In this document: in pieces, positions 58,651 to 64,000 of the stretch
Position numbering within the stretch: position 1 is the stretch's first letter
How the letters are laid out: the number at the start of each line of letters is the position of its first letter
DNA from: Anthoceros angustus
Lineage: Eukaryota; Plantae; Anthocerotophyta
Direction: 5' to 3'
Assembly (NCBI GenBank): GCA_010909165.1
Contig: MU008210.1
Span: forward strand, 62,001-126,000
Length of the DNA stretch: 64,000 bases
Notes under the pieces: generated by a model
Databases searched by the model: none
What the model saw: only the letters and a program-made list of their open reading frames with translations
Told to the model about the DNA's origin: nothing
Translations under genes and position numbers: made by a program

Positions 58651-59250
58651 GACCGGTAGGCGTCCTCACTTCAGGCCCCGGCGCGGGCGTGTGAAGAGGA
58701 GAGAGAACCGCCATCGCCACCTCGCCGGCCTACCCAGCGATCCAATTTGAGCGCTAAGGTCTTGGCGACGAGGAGGAGAGCCTAGTTGGGGTGGAGCTCA
58801 CCAAAGCAGAGAGGAAGCGGGAGTGGGCAGGAGGAGGTCGTGCCGGGCTGGCGTGGGCGTAAACTGCCTTGATAAGATGCATGAAATCTTGGAGGCAAGC
58901 GGGCGGGGAAAGCACAGTGCGACGGTGACGAGTGGGCAGCGTGTCAGGGGTGGAGGAAGGGACTGAGAGGGCGTCGTCACTCGGTAAAACACCCTCACGT
59001 TGAAGAAAAGAGAAGCGGGTGGGAAGCAAGCAAGGGCTAACCTTGAGTTCGTGTGAGCGAGTTGCTTTCCACAGGGGTGTTTTACGGTGAGACACTAGAA
59101 GGCGAGAGAACTCACCATAATTGAGGATAACTCACTTCACACTTAGCGGACATTTTGCGTGAAAGACGCCATCATGCCTCGAGAAGGGAAGGGCAGGGAA
59201 GGAACCGCTGCAAGGTTCCTCTCGCGAGGAGGAAATGGAAAAAGAAGCGG

Positions 59251-60070
59251 TGTCGTAGCGCGACTTCGGCGACCCAGGCGCGCCACAATCCGATGTCGTT
59301 GTAGTAAAGAGTCCGCTCCCAAGAGAATGATAAGCTCCGTTTGCGGCGTTTCAATCGATTCTCACCTCACTTTGTGACCGTTCGGCCTCAACACACATCG
59401 TCATTTTGCGCTAACTACTCGTAACGTCCACGAGCAGGCGGTGTGGCGCGTTTAAGGACCCGTTCGCGTCCGTATCGTTCACGCGCGTCACTCGTTCCTC
59501 TAGTCCGTTCCTCTCACTCTCACTACACTCATCAACCTTGGGAAGCGAGTGCGGTCGGACCTCCTCCGTCGCTCTGCGGGCCTCTCCGTCAGACTCTGCC
59601 GCCCTCCGGAGTTCCTCGGCTCCACGTTCGGTCCGTTCGGCCCTGCAGACGAACAAGGGTCCCCGAGTCGCTCTTCTGCACACACCACACACGTTAGGGT
59701 CCGTCACCGGGACCTTGATCGGTCTCTCCGGGGTGTCGTGCACCTTTCGGACTCGGGACTCACGTTAGCAGAAGGCGCACAAAGGGCAAGAAGCGGCATC
59801 AACACCAAGAAGATGATTTACTCGAGGCACCTCGGCCCTCTTATACTCGCGGTGGCGCCTTTATTACACCTCTACGGTGAGAGGCCAGCTCGATGCCCTA
59901 ATCGGCCGCCTATTCTCCCTATTCCTCCTATCTCCATGTCGGTGGTGGGGGGATAGCCCATTCCTCTTGGCACGGCGAGCCACATTGCAGCGCTGTCGGA
60001 TGATCAGCGGGACCCCTTCCTCTCCCAGTGCAGCCGAGGCTGCGCACCGTGGCGGCACAGCAGATCACCA
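59251..60070 (-). repeat. Athila-like LTR copy 2 (3' LTR)
   Basis: Collinear with 46262-47119. Followed by a long pyrimidine tract (~60075-60100; PPT on the minus strand). Confidence 0.8.
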
Positions 60071-63000
60071 CTAAGTCCTCCTCCCCTCCTCTCTCTCTCT
60101 GGCGGGCCCTGCGCAGGGCCCTCAAGGCTGGATCTGTTTGGTGATTGGTGGCTCTCCCCACTCCCCAGTCTGGACCTCGGGACCCGTCTCGACTCGGTCA
60201 GGACCTCTAGGTCAGGTCTTCCCTCTGAGGTCCGGTCCCACATGTCGGCCTTCTTTACGGGGTTCGGACCTCGGGGTCGGACTTGCCTCTGGTCGGTCTT
60301 GGACCCAACCCTTCCCACAGGTCAGGACCTCGGGGTCCGTCTAAATCACTAAGTCTGGATCTCTAAGTCGGACTTCCTTGAGGCGGACTTGAGGACCTTT
60401 CCTCAGTCAGGACAAAGTCAGAACCGACTCCACAGTTACGCCTCCTCACGGGCTGATCCCAGGCCCTCCCTTGGTTCCGAATGCCCGGTTCGCCTTCCAC
60501 GGCCTCCCCGGTCCTCCTCCCTTCCTTCCATGCGGGGGTGCAGTGCTTACCTCCGGTGTAGCGACCCTTCCTCCACCCGGCTCCTCCCGCTGCTCTCCCT
60601 CGCCGCTGCCGTCGTCAAGCAGCGCTCCTAGGGTCCCGTGTGCTGCTGTCCCCTCCTTCCCTCGCTCCTCCTTGAGCCCTTACGGAAGTCCGCCCTCCTG
60701 CCTAGGGTGGCGCGGGACCTCCAGCCTTGAGGGCTGCGTGGTAGTAGGCAGTCGGAATCGACTTGTTGAATCGCCTCCTCCACATGAGCCGGGCACCCGG
60801 TACTCCCTCCTCGAGGTGCTCGGCGGTGGGCATGTTGTCGGCTGTGGCCCGTCTCCGTGGCCAGCTTACCAGCTTATGGCAGGCGGACTCCCTTGATGCG
60901 TCAAGGCGGCCTCCGTCACCTCCTGCGGCCTTGCTGCTTTCGGCGTTCTCCTCCTCCCGTCGTCGTTCCGGCTCGCGGTTGCGGGCCATGGTGAGCTCCC
61001 TCGCTTCCATATGGCGGACGAGCGGCGTTGCTTCTCCTCAGTGCTTTCTTCCCTCCGTTTATCCTTTCCGAGTCGCACTTCCTTCTCCAGGCGGGCGGTA
61101 TCCGTCCGACTCGGCTTCCTCCACCTCTGCTGCGGCCTCGCGGCGTCGAACTCCTTGCGCCTATTCTCCTCCGTCTTCAAGCGGGCTGGGCGCTCTATCT
61201 CGCTCAGTCTTGGATTCTCTCGTTGAGAACCCCTGCTTGCTCCGTCGTCTTGGAGTTGCGGCTCAAGTATCCTTCATCCTCCGGCTCCGCCCTTCTACCT
61301 CCTGCGTGCACAGGGTCCCCTATCTCCCGGTCTTGACCTCCAGCCTCCTCACGACGGCCGTGCTTGCTCCAGCTGCCTTTCGGCCCAGTTGGCAGCTACC
61401 GTCTCTCCCTCCGGTTCCGATCACGTCGATAGTGATCCCGGTCGACCTTGGTAGCTTCCTTGCCTTGGTGAGCCTCGGCGGTACGATGTTGGGCGGTAGG
61501 GCCGCCTCGGTCGCGAGCCCTCTCCCCTCTGCTGCGCCTCCCTCCTTGTGCGAGATCCTCGGCCCGTGCTTGGGCCTCCTGCCCGGTGCTCACCCGGTGA
61601 AGAAACTTAGTCATCTGTCGAATGGACGGACTTCCCTCGGCCTCCCGCTTCCCTCCTCGATGCGGCTTCCGCCTTCCTCCTCGCCTCTGGGCCGCCTCCA
61701 TCTGCTGGAGGAGCACCATCGCCTCCTTGTGGCCTCCACCTCCACAGGTCTTCTCGGCCGTCCGAGACCCAGCATCCCATCCATGGCGGTGGCAGGACCC
61801 CGTGTCTCTTCCACGGCGCCAGGTGAGCCCCAAAAGTCGTTGTGGGCATCTCATCCGCCAAGGACCTCCATACCCCGGTCGGGCGAGTCGGGGCTCTCCG
61901 GACCTAATCGGGACCCTTAGGTCCCACAGTGCAGTCAGGCCTCACCTCTCTTTGCCCTCTTGGCCAATTCCTTTATTCGCCCTCTTTCTCCACAGGGCTC
62001 GGAGGGTGAGGGGTTGAGGCGACCCTCTTGCCTCTCCCCAGGAGGCAGGACCCGGCTCCGGTGGGGCTGCGATGGCCTCCCGCTCCTTGGGCGTCCCTTC
62101 GCCCTTCTCACGCCTCTTGACTTCTTGCCACTCCGTTGGCGGGGCAGAACACAGGCGCCGTCAGAGTCTGCGTTGGCGGGTGGCACCGTCTTCCTCTTGG
62201 TCCCCGGAGTCCGTCGGGGCTCAGTCGGTCCGTCGTGGGTGGTGGTCGGGCCGTGGGCTCCGCTCCTGGGCCGCCTCTGCTTCTGCTTTGCTCGGTGGGG
62301 GCACCGGGAGGAGGAAGCGGGATGTCCTCCCACACTTCCCTTGGTGGCGAGGGGTCGCTCAAGCGTATGGAATGCAGGATTCCCTCGAGTCTTCCTCCAG
62401 CGCTCTCTTGCTCGGACGGGTCTTCCACCTCTGGGTTCTTCCTTACGCCTCCGGTGGGCGGCCGTCCCTTCGGTCTCCTCTTCTCCTCCTTGGGAGGTTG
62501 CGTGCCCCACATGAATTAGGCAGCGATAGCGGCGGAGAGCTTCTCACACCTCGACTTGAGCTTCACGATTGATCTGGCGAAGATGATCCTTCCCAGTCGC
62601 CTCCTTCCTCTGCGGCGCATGCGGGGAACACCGTGGTGTCACCAAGGTGATCTACCTTGGTGAGCATGTTCGATGGACAATTATCACAGCCTTTGCTCAC
62701 CCTCTGCTGCAACTCGACATCAACCCGTTGGTTGTTCGTTGCGTTCACAGCTTCGATGCGGGCGGCCTTTTGCGCCTCTATCTTCCCAGCCTTGAGGGGT
62801 TTGGGACTCCAATTTCCTCATTTGAGCGGTTGTACCCCGCCCTCGGGACCTCCATCACCTCTTGGAGTCCTCGAAGGCTCTTAGCCGAACCTCCTTGTTG
62901 TGCCAACATCTTCGGCGTACTCGAACTGGGTGACCTTTGTCAAATGTCAAAGCGGACAGAAAACGTCAATGCCCTCCTCGACTCCCCACCTCCTCGGCCC

Positions 63001-64000
63001 GGCCACTCGGCCGTGTGGATTTGAAGGGGCTAGGGAGCTCCTTCCTCATATGGGCATTGTGGACCACGGACTCTCCGGAGTAGGAAATGAGTTAGGTTTT
63101 GTTTTTCATTGCTGCAGTACAAAATAAGTGGAAAGGAAGAAATAAGCCGGACTACTCCGATTTGTACTCGGACTACCTCCGGGTAAGGCTGAGTAGAGTG
63201 GAAAGTCGAGCACACTCGGAGGATCTCGAACCACCTTGCCGGATGTCGGGATAAGTCAGGACCACCTCCGAGGCGGGGCAGGATAAATCGCGAGTAACAG
63301 AAGTTGGACACCCTTCCTATCGCTCCTGCAAAGTTAGGGAGGTGTGGTTTGCCCCCTTGCACCTCGTTTCCCTTCCCTCTTTCTCTTTTTCTTCCTGCAC
63401 CTCCTCTTGGCGTCCTGCTGCCTTTTCTCCTCCGTTGCCCAACTTGCGCCCTTCCTCTTCAGCTTAGCATGGGCGTGTGTACGGCGCGTTGCTGTATGGG
63501 GGCCTTGGGAAGCTTGAGGTGTGGCGGCGCCTTCTGTGAGGTTGTCTCCTTGAGTTTTGAGATTGTGGCCTCTTGCAGGCACAGCACCACTTTTATAAGT
63601 CACCCAAGGGTTAGAAAAGTAACTACCATTCTATCCTGCCCTTGGATGTGTGCCACGTGGCCCTTTCTCACATGATGTTAGTTTCCTAATTCCTTATACT
63701 AAAATACCATTTTCCCTATTTTCTAATTTCTAATTGAAAATTAGCCTCTAATTTCTTAATTACCTATTTTGGCCTATTTATCTAGTCCACTAAAAGACTC
63801 TATATATAGCAAGCCTATCCTAAAACATAAGCTACTTTCCTTAGCCTATCTCCTACGTGGTAGGACATCCTCCTACCATGGTAGGCGTTTTCCCTTTCTC
63901 CTACCACGGTAGGAGTTACTCCTATGGCGGTAGGATACCTTCCTACCCTCTCCTACCATGGTAGGAGCTATTCCTACACTGGTAGGTGATCAAAACACTA
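60071..64000 (-). mobile_element. Second Athila-like 3' internal region, continuing beyond the window
   Basis: Homologous to 47120-50000 (GGACCTC repeats, coiled-coil ORF, MLTKVDHL). TATATATAG at 63801-63809. Confidence 0.65.
63852..63986. repeat. Array of six 13-14-bp palindromes CCTAC(C)-NN-GGTAGG
   Basis: Starts at 63852, 63872, 63900, 63921, 63952 and 63973. Perfect CCTACCATGGTAGG at 63872 and 63952. Confidence 0.85.

Noticed and set aside
60763-61920. 385-aa + strand ORF as a gene
   Set aside because: Ser/Pro/Leu-rich antisense shadow of the GC-rich minus-strand accessory ORF, with no recognisable motifs.
63852-63986. CRISPR-like palindromic repeats with spacers
   Set aside because: Repeats are only 13-14 bp with 6-17 bp low-complexity gaps, too short for CRISPR.
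63991-64000. CACTA terminus at the window end
   Set aside because: A five-base match at the cut point with no partner TIR or transposase. Likely chance.

Overview
Eukaryotic, transposon-dense DNA, most likely from a land plant. A non-seed lineage is plausible, but the species cannot be determined from sequence alone. No rRNA, tRNA or CRISPR array is supported. The window holds: (1) a three-level nest in which a Ty3/gypsy gag is split by Ty1/copia element A (8917-23422, TA...TA ends, TSD TTCCC), whose RT is split by copia element B (10725-18679, AG...CT ends, TSD ATGAT); (2) copia element C (33502-39520, TA...TA ends) and a degraded B-like fragment D; (3) two Athila-like elements with ~0.85 kb LTRs, extra ORFs, TATA-containing internal segments and ~21-bp-phased palindrome arrays; (4) pogo-like, possible DUF7869-like and DnaJ fragments. 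The most notable feature is a frameshifted, apparently intron-containing gene on the minus strand (~40873-43223). It joins a ParB-like domain to a beta-class N4/N6 DNA methyltransferase-like domain. Nearly every ORF is broken by indels, and several discrepancies sit at CWG/CG sites. Many frameshifts may therefore be long-read basecalling errors rather than real decay. All domain calls come from manual translation and motif recognition, not database searches.
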